Source: Felis catus (lineage: Eukaryota). From it: a stretch of DNA of 64,000 nucleotides. The translations under genes were made by a program, and so were the position numbers. This document shows, one piece after another, positions 25,334-37,102 of the stretch. The stretch lies in NCBI RefSeq assembly GCF_018350175.1, contig NC_058368.1:110238001-110302000 (forward strand), written 5' to 3'. The notes under the pieces are model-generated. The model made no database searches. It saw nothing but the letters and a program-made list of their open reading frames with translations, and had not been told where the DNA came from. The first letter of the stretch is position 1. Each line of letters opens with the position of its first letter.

Positions 25334-25539
25334 GGGGTGCCTGGGTGCTCAGTACACGTCAGACTTTGGCTCAGGTCATGATCTCACAGCTCGTGAGTTT
25401 GAGCCCTGATCAAACCTGTGCTCACAGCTCAGAGCCTAGAACCTGCTTTGGATTCTGTGCCTCCCTCTCTCTCTGCCCCTCCCATGCTCACACTCTGTCT
25501 TGTTCTCAAAAATAAATAGTCATTAAAAAAAATAATAAA
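25334..25539 (+). mobile_element. CanSINE (felid type)
   Basis: TSD aagaaattacacttggtt at 25316-25333 / 25540-25557. Confidence 0.95.
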
Positions 25540-25631
25540 AAGAAATTACACTTGGTTATTTTCCAAATAATCAAGGTGATTTGTAATAGTCTTACTCTTT
25601 GTTTCTACTCTCAGCTCCATTTTTTATATCT

Positions 25632-25825
25632 TTTTTTTAAGGTTTATTTTTGAGAGAGAGTGTGAGTCGGGGAGGGGCAGAGAGAGGGAGGCACAGAATC
25701 CCAAGCAGGCTCCAGGCTCTGAGCTGTTAGCACAGAGTCCGATGAGAGGCTCGAACCCACAAACAAAGGGATCATGATCTGAGCCAAAGCTGATCGCTTA
25801 ACCAACTGAGCCACCCAGGTACCCC
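25632..25825 (-). mobile_element. CanSINE (felid type)
   Basis: Reverse-complement SINE; TSD-like cat(t)nttatatctt on both sides. Confidence 0.95.
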
Positions 25826-25859
25826 TTCATTTTTTATATCTTATATTACACATTGTCAT

Positions 25860-26600
25860 TTTTTTCTTTATCTGTTAATATCTGAAGTTCTGCTTCTGCT
25901 GTTTTTCACTTTTGTGTCTTTTTAGTTTTGTTATATATTCATTTTTGACTATGAGCTCATGTTCTATGGATGTCAATCTGTCAAAATTATTTAAGACCTC
26001 TATTGAAGAAGGGTTCTTCTGGACAGGACTTGTATTGGCTTTACTATGTGTCTCGAAGGGCTACCAACCAGGACTTCTTTTAACTAAATTCTGGGCTTGA
26101 GGTTTTCTCAGACCAGCCTGTTTATCAATGCAGCTGAAAACCCAGCTAGTGACTATAGTTCTGAAAGGAGAGATTTTGACCAAAGTTTGAGGGAGGAAAT
26201 TTTCTTCACTCATCCCTGAGGGGAGACAGGGAACATTTATTTCTAGTCCACCCTTATACTAAAAATGTAGCCTCTTGCGGTCTCAGTGTAGGTGAAAGGG
26301 GTTTCCCAACAAAACAACGCATCCTAGGATTGGCTCCTTTCTACTATCTCTCTTGAGGTCATAAGAATCAAAGATCAAGGTCACTCACATTGGGCAAACA
26401 CATTCAAAGCAAAAGGCAGCTTCACAGTCTTGACTTTCAGCTTTCATGGAGTTTTCAGGCTCTTAGGAAATCTTCACTTTCCTGTCTTCTCAATGAAGTC
26501 ACTAAAAGATTATTTCAATGTTTTATCCATCATTTCAAATTGCTTTTAAGTGAGAGAGTCAGCCAAGGTAACTAGTCTCCCAAACAACCAGAAACAAAAG
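25860..26600 (-). mobile_element. ancient L1M/HAL1-like 5' region
   Basis: tttatttctagtccaccctt, gggcaaacac...aaaaggcagcttc and ttttatccatcattt motifs; very diverged. Confidence 0.45.
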
Positions 26601-26834
26601 CCTGCTCAAATAGTTCTCAAACTTCCATTGTATTATTGCCCACTCTTCACAAGGTAGCAGGTCAATCTAATTACTTAGGTGTGATGAAAGAAAGTAACTT
26701 GGCCCACTAAATCCATGGATTTCTAATCCAATTCATTTCACTGAAGATCTCCTAGTTCTCAGTACTACAGACCCACTCACTGAGAAGACACAATCCCAGC
26801 CAATCCCAACCCCAACGTGGGTGAATAACCACTA

Positions 26835-27020
26835 ACAATGATGGCTAACAGGGGGTCTGCTCAGAAGGTTGGCCAGTACTCTGCTAAGCTTTTTTATGTG
26901 TATTTAATCAAGACAACAGCCATATAAGATACAATTATTACTACCATTTTAGAGGTAAGAAAACCAAAGCACAGAAGTAACGTGCCCAGAGTAAAACAGC
27001 TGGTAAGTTAGATCACACTC
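26835..27020 (-). mobile_element. MIR
   Basis: attattactaccattttagaggtaagaaaaccaaagcacagaagtaacgtgcccagagt. Confidence 0.7.
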
Positions 27021-28048
27021 ACGAGGCCTGTCTCCGTCAACTTGCAACACCACATAGAGATTAGAGATTAGAGAACACAATCGTAGGTGATGTGCGAGTC
27101 TACGAGGAAGGCAAGTAGGATCAAGTCCTCAGGTAATATGGCAGCTGGAAACGTTACAGAGCACCCGACTTAAACGTAGAACGGTCTGTGGGTTTCTTTG
27201 CATGATACAGTGATGATTTCCTTGCCCTTTTCTCCAGTGCCCCACATTATGTGGTCATTGCACATTTATGATGCCTGTCCTGCACTGGGTGGGCACATCT
27301 TCTCCTCTCTACAAACAGGGAGCTCACCGTCCTCATGCAGATCCTGTTGGCCCTGCTTGCTCTCTGTTACTAATGATGTTTTTCAAATAAGTCTCCCAGA
27401 TTTCACACAGTCCTTCACAGCAGAGCAGCCAACAAGTTGGGAATCACTGCTCCTAAAGGCAAGGGGCAAGCCACAAGGTGTTGCTTCTGGCTCCAGCTCC
27501 ATTAGGAACAAGCTGCGTGCCCACCTCTTGCCTCTGTGGATGACACGTGGGCGAAAGCAAGTGTGGGAGGGACGATAGATCACAAGACGGTCTTTATAAA
27601 ATGACTCATAAAGAAATAATGAGAACCCAATAACTACCAATTACAGAAGCAAGAGAAATAATAAAAATAATAAAGCAGAAAATGTACAAAGCAAACAATT
27701 AAGACTATTTTATTAAAACAATACTTGCTATTCAGCAAGCATTCATTCTCCCCGCACCAGGGCAGTAACTGTGTATCATCTGAGTTTTGCACATTAAGAA
27801 CATGACACAGAGAGAGTTAAGAAGCTCCTCCGGGATCCAGGACACTTCAGAGCCCAGATTAAAAGTTAGCCATGCTTACTCTTGGGCTGAAATGTCATCT
27901 CTCATTAAATTCAAAACCAGCTCTGAGAACACACCATGTTTATTATCTTTTTAATACTATGTGGCTGGTTCTGGAGGAGCCAAGAGAATCTTGGAATCTT
28001 TGGAATAAATACACTGATTAAAAAGATACTTTAAAAATCTCTCTTTTT

Positions 28049-28262
28049 GGAGCGCCTGGCTGGCTCAGTTGGTTACGCGACCGAGTTCGGCTTAGATCAC
28101 AATCTCACAGTTTGTGAGTTCGAGCCCCACGTTGGGCTCTGTGCTGACAACTCAGAGCCTGGAGCCTGGTTCAGATTCTGTGTCTCCCCCTCTCTCTGTC
28201 CTCTCCCCTGCTCACACTCTGTGTCTGTCTCTTAATAATAAACATGAAAAAAAATTTTTTTT
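28049..28262 (+). mobile_element. CanSINE (felid type)
   Basis: TSD aaatctctcttttt at 28035-28048 / 28263-28276. Confidence 0.95.
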
Positions 28263-28749
28263 AAATCTCTCTTTTTTTTAAGCTCAGTGGACCAAAATAT
28301 ATAAATCATAACTATTCTGGTCTAGTGAGTACTGTAAATGTATATTTAGATGTAACAAATATCAGTGGGAAATATCTGTGGAAAGTAATTACTTTATAAT
28401 ATATGTGGAATGTCTTTTAAATACTTAAAGCAACTGATCCATTTTAAAGACCTAACTTACAGAAAGAGGCACAAATGTTAATTAGCAAGCTGGAAACTTA
28501 CTTGCACACTTATAGCCTAAAGTGAACATGTACAGATCAAGGCATAAATATCAGAAAAGTAGATATTTTAATGGAACACTTAACCGCCTGAACCAAAGGA
28601 CCCACTGCTAACACCAGAGATTCTCAAGGAGGGCTGAGTCTGGAAGGATTACTTCAGCCTTCATACTAAATTCCTCCCTTTGTCACTGTCCCCACCTGTG
28701 ACATCTAGCTCTACTGTGCTGTGATTAACAATAAATCTGAGTGCAAAAT

Positions 28750-29580
28750 GAGCTGGAAACTCAAATGCCTATGAAGGCCACTAAGGTAATTTAGTAAGCA
28801 TGGTTCTTCTGGGATTTCACCTTGATCTTATTCATTTTTCCAACTCCATCTGACACTTGGTCTCAGGATCAAGGAGGCACGAGGGAGTAGTGTGGACTGT
28901 GGCAAACAGAAGAGCATGTGCACATTCTAAGGACACGATTGCTCACTCCAGCCTGCTGTTGACATGAAGCCATGTGGGCCCAGGGTTACCAAAGCATTTC
29001 ACTCTGTCCTTTATTTTATTTTTTAATTTGTATTTTTTTTTTAATTTAAACTCAAATTAGTTGACATAGTGTAGTAATGGTTTCAGGAGTAGAATTTGGT
29101 GATTCATGACTTACATATAACACCCAGTGCTCATCATAACAAGTGCCCTCCTTAATGTCCCTCACCCATTTAACCCATCCCCCCAGTAACCTCCCCCTCT
29201 AGCAACCCTCAGTTTGTTCTCTGTATCTCAGAGTCTCTTATGGTTTGTTTGCCTCCTGCTCTGTTATCTTATTTTTCCTTCTCTTACCCTATGTTCATCT
29301 GTTTCTTAAATTCCATATAGGAACGAAATCATGTGATATCTGTCTTTCTGACTCATTTTGCTTAGCATAATACACTCTAGTTCCATCCACATTGTTACAA
29401 ACGGCAAGATTTCATTCTTTTTGATTGCTGAGTAATATTCCACTGTATGTACATGTGTGTATATATAGATTATTCAACTGAAAATGTAAAAACAAAAAAA
29501 CCTTATGAAGACCAACATTGTATAAGTCCAGTATGACCACAGGATGAATGTGGCCCATGGACCACCAGTTTGAAACTTAT
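28750..29580 (+). mobile_element. hAT-Charlie (MER102-like) DNA transposon split by an L1
   Basis: ggaaactcaaatgcctat...ggactgtggcaaac...atgtgggcccagggttacca on the left; atgtggcccatggaccaccagtttgaaact on the right. Confidence 0.7.
29010..29468 (-). mobile_element. carnivore L1 3' end
   Basis: T-tail, then acacccagtgctcatcataacaagtgccctccttaatg...ttagcataatacactctagttccatccacattgttacaaacggcaagatttcattc. Confidence 0.93.
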
Positions 29581-30739
29581 CATACAAAACAAATACAGAA
29601 CAGACCCTGGGCTCCAGGGTCTCAGGAAAAGCCTTAGAAAGAAGCAGATAGGCTTGGTGAGTTGCCCAGGTAGGGTAGGAAGTGGCTTGGTGGGAGTTCT
29701 GGGACTCCTTTAGGATCCAAAATGACTCTGGGGGGTGCTTATGTGGAAAAGGGGTTTGAATCAGTAATGGTGGGTTTAGACACAAGCCAGCAGGCAGGAG
29801 AGGCAGGTGTGGGCCAAAGTCCTTCCCAGAGCCGTAAACACAGGAGCAGAACACAGAGTTCCCAGCATTCACAGGGTGCAGGGTGAGGCAGCCTATGGGC
29901 ACAGTTTCCGGCTCCCCTCATTCCCTAGACAGCAGCCACAGTGGCCATTTAGTCTCTGCCATCAGGTTTCCTGGCCCACAAGACGGACTCTCTCTCTGAA
30001 CGCCACGGGAATGCGGGGCCGGACGAAGCTGGCACTGCCTATAGCTCACTGTCTGTATCAGGAGTCGGGACCAGCACCCTCACCTCTGTTCCAAGGCGTG
30101 GCCCTAGCTTCACAGTATGTGGCTTCTGATGTATACTTTCCAAGTCCTCCAATCCTTCCCGCTGCCCCCACTCCCATAACAAACAGCCACGGAGGCACCT
30201 GCTCTTGCTTAGCTTCTCAAGAGCAGACAGTTCAGAAAAGGCCTTAGAGATTTGCCTTATTGCTGAGAGTCCTGGGGACAAGGGTCCTCGGGAAACCACA
30301 GTGGTGAGACACAGAAGACTCTATTTCATTACAGTGGCTACTGGAAGGGCTGCCCACTAAGTGAAGCACCCAACCAGCCAGGCCACTGATCCTTCCAAAG
30401 CGCAGGTTTCCTCCTCTATAAACAGAAGATCACACTCGCTGGCCACGCTGGACGACAGAGAGGGTTGAAGGAAGTTAACTCAGAGAAGCTTATGAGAGCT
30501 TTAATGATGACATTTGTCACCACGTGCCCCGTCCTGTTTTGTCCTTTCCCCACAACAGGAAAACAATATATGGAGAAATATTTTCAATACAAGTCAAAGC
30601 CAAGAATTTAACTACAAAACTCAGCCAGAAGGTCCATCATTAAGAAATGACGGATGAGCATCTGGGGCATCCTAGCCACTGTGCCCCTCTCTAGAGAAAG
30701 GAAAACATGCCCCCAAGGGTAGGGCAAAAGGGAAGGTAC

Positions 30740-30900
30740 TGAAACCCAGCCATGGAGAGACCTGAGGTTTATGAACCCCAGCTCAGTCCTCACATCCTAC
30801 CTCTGCTACCCCCTAGCCATGGGGCTTGACACTGGTCACTTCACCTGTTCAAGCCTGTGTCCTCACCTGGGAATATAAGGAGTGATCCTGCAGGGCCCTT
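30740..30900 (+). mobile_element. MIR
   Basis: agacctgaggttt...ggtcacttcacctgttcaagcctgtgtcctcacctgggaat. Confidence 0.55.
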
Positions 30901-32239
30901 CCAGACCTGCAGGGGGATCACGAGGCAGATTCCATGAATGGCAGGGCCAAGATGCCAGTCGGACTTCTCAAGGAGGGCATGAGCATCAGCAGGCAGAGCA
31001 TTCAGGCAGGCTGCTCGGTGGGAGGGGCACAGCCAGGAAGGCTGGCTGGGGGACTGGCCCTGGGAACCAGAGCACAAGGTGCAGAGATGGGGCGGGGCCC
31101 GGACCAGAGTGCTGGGCACATCCAGAGAGTTCTTAGATCATCTCAATGGGGCTCGGCCAGCGGCAGCCCGGCTCTCACTACATTCCAAGTGTCTCTGATC
31201 CGTGACACTGGCATCCTAATGGATCTGGCTGTCAGCAATGGATAAGCATTGAACTAATAGATGTCAAACAGCATTTGCATTTCTGAGATGGCTTCATCTG
31301 CTGCCTCTCCTGGGACTCTCCAAACTGAAATCTGAAATGTGGACAGACGGGTCTGCTCTTGGACAGCTCCTCTTCCAGAAATCTCACAGGAAAGAAACAA
31401 TTATTTAATTATTTTCTGCGCCTATTAAACAACTAGCACAAACCACAACCAGAAGCTGCTTCTCAGCCTTCTCCTCTCAGGAAGGCATGCAACGCCCTCA
31501 GAGACACATACCCCTTGTAGTCTAAATAGCTTTCATTCATTCATTCGGAGCCCACTTCACAGCGAATTGTCTTGTTCATTAGCAGTGCTGCAGAAGACCA
31601 TGAGAGATTTGGATCGGGGAGGGCATTGAGGAGGTGAGCATCTGGAAGATGGTGCAAAAAGCAAACCGCACTGCGAGAGTTTGCCCATGCTCCCCCTGGG
31701 CGATGACAACAGGGTCAGAATGGAGTTCTTGGTTTGGATTTCAGTTCCTGGGACATCTGTAGCTAACAGAAAATGCCACAGAATCATCTGTCTGGGGGAG
31801 GGGACATCTGCATTTGGGGGTGACTCTGACACAGCACCCGACACCCGGTAATGAAGGTATTTTCTGGCTTTCTCTGGCTCTATTTTAAACTGTCATCATC
31901 TTAAACTGTGAAATATGTCAAGTGATAATTAAACCTCGCCACAGACAGGTACCGTGAAAATGATTAACTTTTACCGTTTTCCCCACACATTTTGAATACT
32001 CTGAATCCCCACGGTACAGAATCATTACATTGACAGATGAGGAAAGTTGTCTTTAAAATAATTTGTTTTTAAAAGAGCCCAAACAGGGCTAAAATCCTGT
32101 ACTTTTCCATTGGGTTTGGATTTGAAAAGCCCTGCAATAAACTCCCACTGAAAGAGGAAGCCAGGTGGGAGGAGCTCCCAACTGACTGCCCTCATCTCCC
32201 ACCAGGCCCCAAATGACTGTGTGCCCTGGGACCAGACCC

Positions 32240-32415
32240 TGGCCACCTCTGGACATCAGTTTCCTCATCTGTCAGACACCAATGCTAACATCCTCCCTCT
32301 ACCTAACACAAAGGTTCTCATCAATGATGAGATGAGATGACAAATGAGAAAGCTCTTTGAGAGCAAAAAGCAGCCTGGTGACACCATCCAAGTATAAGGT
32401 GCTATTATTCCAAAT
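32240..32415 (+). mobile_element. MIR
   Basis: acctctggacatcagtttcctcatctgtc...gatgagatgagatgacaaatgagaaagc. Confidence 0.7.
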
Positions 32416-32668
32416 TCTGTATACAGGGGGGAAGCGATTTGCTAGCACAGCTTTACCGAACTGTGGCCTCAAAAGAAAAAAAAAATTCAACTCATTTTAT
32501 TTTCACCTGAAGTTTCTAAGTGTGAGATTAGATCTGACCCTATCAGATGAACATCCTCTCTTAGCCACAGGACTCCCATTTTGTGTCCAAATAGGCAGGG
32601 ACTTACACAAATGATAAAAATTCAAATGCTGTAGCCGAACAGCTGGATGGGAGTGCTGCTTCCAGAAA

Positions 32669-32691
32669 AGAGAGAGAGAGAGAGAGAGAGA
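32669..32691 (+). repeat. (GA)n microsatellite
   Basis: About 11 GA units. Confidence 0.9.
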
Positions 32692-33904
32692 ACGCAAATA
32701 ACTGCTAAAATTAGTAAAACAAACAGACTGAAATGTATTTTTACTCTGACAACTCATTTTCCCAGACCTGTGATTTTCTGTCTTTAAAGCACATTTCTTC
32801 AGAACGTGGAGGTCCCTGTTTCTTCCTGGCAGCAGCACACATGGGGTCCCGCGACCCCAACCCTGCTTGCACTTCAACTGCGGAATGACGAGTTCCTGTT
32901 TGTGAATATGAACAATTTCCATCAGAACTGTACCAACAGTGCTGAATTTCCATCGAGAATGTGCCTTCTTGCCAGACTTCAGTTAAGCCCACTTAAATTC
33001 TTTGATCGGTTTCCTGTAGAGTTCAAAGGGTCTCCCACATTTTTCTATTGACAAAATAAAATTGCAATGCCTGTATCAGAGGGTGTTCATGAGAATTAAG
33101 TAAAGGACTGAAGTTAAAACGTTTCCATCAAGAACTCTTCAATTCTAAGGAATTTATAGGAAAGCAGTGAAGCGACGCTTTGACCCTAAGTCGAGGCATG
33201 GATAATCGAGAAGGTGCCTAGTAAAAGATGGCTCCTGAACAAGAGCTCTGGTTGTCTGTGAAGCCCAAGTCCCCCATCTCCATCTGTGCCCCCACCTGGC
33301 CCGCTGCCATCTAGAAGCATCCAGTACAGTAAGCCCCCCCAACCTATCTCCCCCCCCCCCAAAAGAACAGTATCTCTAATGGAAAATGGAAAAGAAAGCT
33401 TCTGAGAAGCCTCCTGGCTGCAAGCACTGAAGTCACCATCAGGGGAGAATATGAACTTTAGCTTTTGATCCTTACGCCCTTTGGTTGGAAGGCTAAAGAA
33501 AGGAGGATATGTTGGGGGTCTGAAGGAACGCTAAGGCTCCCCCAATGTGGGCCAGTGGATTCTTGATGCATCCCTACTATGTCACTGCATCTGTCACTAT
33601 GGAAGGGAGTGAAAGAGCAGGCTACCCCATCGTTGGAGGCAGCTGTGTTTCACAAAATGCAAACATGCCCTGTCATCAGGAAGCTGAGTTCCAATTCACA
33701 CTCCCTCCCCCAAGCTCCTGTGACCTCTGTTCAGCAGGGCCTTAGTCTTGGTTTCCTTCTCCAGAAGTTGAGAGACATGCCTTCCCGCACAAATGCTGGA
33801 TGAATGCTGGCTAAGCTCACCTTACCTCGAGGCACTCCAAATCCCCTGGGAGTGGAGAACATGGTAGACACCCAGATGTGGCATAACTCAGTAGACGCTA
33901 ATAT

Positions 33905-34420
33905 GCATAGTGGACTTTTTTACCTTCCTGCATCCATAGGTCTTATCTGGGCAAAGGTTCAGTTGTCCTTTGGGGATCCACCTTCCCCCCACTCCTCTCT
34001 CATGCCATCTTGACTACAGGGGCTCATGCCGGGACCTGTGTGGAGCCTAGTAACACATAGCAGCACACTGGGTCATTCCAGATTCAGGTGGCGGCACATG
34101 ACCCCAGCCTGTCCCACCTGAGGGGTTCTTAACATTTCTTTGAGAACTGTCCAACCAGAGGCTTTCTCTCTCCTCCAGAGGACACTGAGTCGTAAGCGGG
34201 GACGTTGACACTTACCATGAAGAGGAGTCAACTATTAAGGGGGTGAAAAGAGAAACCAGCATACCTGAATCCTATACTTTGCATCCTATACCAAGCATAC
34301 CTGAAGCCAGCACCCTCACCCCTCCACTCCTTTCCCGACTGTCCACTTACATAAGCCAATAAGGTTCTCTATTTGGTCAAGATGGCTGAGTTTTGTGATT
34401 TGCAACATGTCCCCACTGAT
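33905..34420 (+). mobile_element. MLT1 (K/L-like) LTR
   Basis: gattcaggtggcggcacatgacccc...catacctgaagccagcacc...ttacataagccaataa...gtgatttgcaac. Confidence 0.65.
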
Positions 34421-36882
34421 AGGGTGTATGATTAAGAGTCAAAAGGAGACTATCTGTCAATATAACCATCTTTTAGAGAAAAGACCCTGAGACTTCACCT
34501 CTACCAAAATATTCAGCGAGTTGTTCTCTAGGACCCCCACGTTGGTCTACGCTGAGCAAATAATTTCACACTTGGTTGTTGGCCCATCTGTGAGATGCCT
34601 GGCCACGTGGCAGGCACACCCAGGTGGCCTTTCTGTCTACAGGACACTCATACATCTCGTCAACTGATACATTCATTCATGGGAAAGCTCTGTAAGGTCA
34701 GGGAACACACCCTGTCTTCACTGCATGCCACGCAAACTCCAACCCACCCAAGGAAAGTTCCATTAGCACCCAGTAAACCCTCAAGAAATCCTAAGAGTGG
34801 GACTTTCCACAGGAGCTGTTTCTCCTTTAGAAGTAGTATTGTCATGCTAGGCTCCCGGACACTGCTTTAGAAACACTGCCGTGATGAGACAGGAGCTGAG
34901 AGGCTAAGAACTCCCCAGCAGTTTCCAGAGAATAAGACAGGTGGGCAATGGCTGGCCTAGATGCCCTGTTGAACAGCACCAGGCACCACTGGACTACACT
35001 CAGACCTCCCTCTGCTGACTGCACCTGTCCCCAAAGGCTTCAGGTCACTGTCAACACCCTGCAGAGCCAGAAGCCAGGCAGAACCTGCTCATTTCTGTGG
35101 CATGTGTTCTCTGACTTTTTAGAGAGCACAAGGCAAGCTAATCTTCTTTCATGAAATATTCAACATTTTGCACGAAGTTTTCTACATGCAGACTGTATTT
35201 CTCGGAATCCAATGACAGCCCTGGCCAAGGAGAAGTATGAGGGAAACCGCGTGCAGAGAACCACTGGGTGGGTTGCCGTGCACAGGATCTCTCTATCTTG
35301 CTTAAGCTGATCTGCAAGAGCCCTCCCTGGGCATTGTGGCTCATTCACCAAGCACAGCATGTGCACAAAAGGACACACCAGGAAGCCCTCACCACGGCCA
35401 CCCAAGACAAACAGGCCAACATGTGGGCGGCAGGGAGCTCCTAAAAGTGAGTGGGGCCAGGAGACAGAGCACTAGTAGGCCACACTCATTTCGATGACAT
35501 GTCTCACCTTGCAGTTTATTTTTAGTCTTGGCTCTGCTCCCACTGAAGTGGGGAGATTAAACATTTGTTAAGAGACAACACAATCTGAAAATAGGAAGGA
35601 AGGGTTGTTGTTTTTTTAAGACTTTTAAAAAGATGAATTAATTATGATGACAAGAAAAGAATTAGAATATAATGGTCAGTTGGACTCTGTAGTTCATTTC
35701 CTATTAAAGAAAGAGTACTGAGCAGCAATGAGACAAAAGAGACAGAAACAAATGATTTTGAAGTCACAGATAATTAACCCCAGAGGCTTGCCAGTGGCAC
35801 ATTAATATTGCCAGGGCAAATGGCTTAACAAGTTTGAAGAGAGCTTCAGTGTTTATATGGAGAAGACAATTTCAAGGGTTCCTGAAAAGCAGAAAATCTC
35901 CTTCTGTGTTGTGGGCCAGGCAAGGGGTGAACACAGCAAATGTCAACCTTCCCTGTGGGATCTCAAAGAGAGGCGAGCCTCCAGGGCAGGGATGGGCCTC
36001 AGCAGGCCTAAGAGGAGTGCCATTATCCCCTCTCTTCAGGCCTCGGTAGGCAAGTTCAGCATGTTTCCGGCTGTGCGATCTCGTGAAGGCCTCACCCCAT
36101 TGTCCTGATACATCAGCTGTGGTTCATATCCTTTGGGGGTTATGACTTCATAGAGAACACAACTCTTCCTCCTTACATTCCAGATAGGGACCTATGTTCA
36201 AAGCGTGTAGTCACAACCCCTGAGGAGACTCCTTTGAGAAGCACAGCTCACTGCACAGGAGTTCACTGCCCTGTCCAGACCTACCAAGGCCCTACAGCTT
36301 GCCATCACAACCACAGAGATCTGCGTCACTTGCACCAGCAGCTTGTAAGTACCTGTTAACAGAGGGACCCACAAGTCCTCAGAAAGAGCACAGTAGCTCT
36401 CTGAGGATGCTATTTAAGGAGAGCAAGGCTTTCAAGGGCGCTGGTGAGAAGAGGAAGTGCAGCAGGTAGGGCAAAGGTGTCCTGAAGCTGTGGGATCCAC
36501 AGCCAAACAACCAGGAAGCCCCTATACCTGTGATTTTGCCTTATAAGTGCAGATATGACATAGAGCCCAGTCAGCCCTGGAATGTGCTGGACATCTAACA
36601 CTTTTTCAGCGCTTGCTGTGTGAGAGGCAGGAGAGGCCAGAAAGAAGAGTCACGATCCATGCTCTCCCAGGGCTCATCCTGCACAGCAGCACGAGAGCTG
36701 CCCACCCTCCACCACCCCCTGCTCTGAGCACAGACCATATCCACCCATGCTGTGTCCTATGGTGCTGAAGCCCTGGGCAAGGAGTCACACAAGTGCAATT
36801 CAAACAGCAGCACGAATAGCTGCCATCATCAGTCCCGAGCTGTACCCAGCGAGGTCCTGCTTCTTCTAAATCACTGCAGAGA

Positions 36883-37102
36883 GGGGCGACTAGGTGGCTC
36901 CGTTGGTTAAGCATCTGACTTCCGCTCAGGTCATGGTCTCATAGTTTATGAGTTCAAGCCCTGCGTCGGGCTCTGTGCTGACAGCTCAGAGCCTGGAGCC
37001 TGGTTTGGATTCTGTGTCTTCCTCTCTCTCTCTGCCCCTCCCCCACTGCTGCTCTGTCTCTGTCTTTGAAAAGTAAATAAACGTTAAAAAAGTTTTTTTT
37101 TT
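36883..37102 (+). mobile_element. CanSINE (felid type)
   Basis: TSD aatcactgcagaga at 36869-36882 / 37103-37116. Confidence 0.96.

Noticed and set aside
25040..25381. ORF with LYIQLYIQLNKIQ repeats; CRISPR-like reading of the 39-bp array
   Set aside because: It is the translation of the minisatellite. The units are contiguous with no spacers, there are no cas genes, and the context is mammalian
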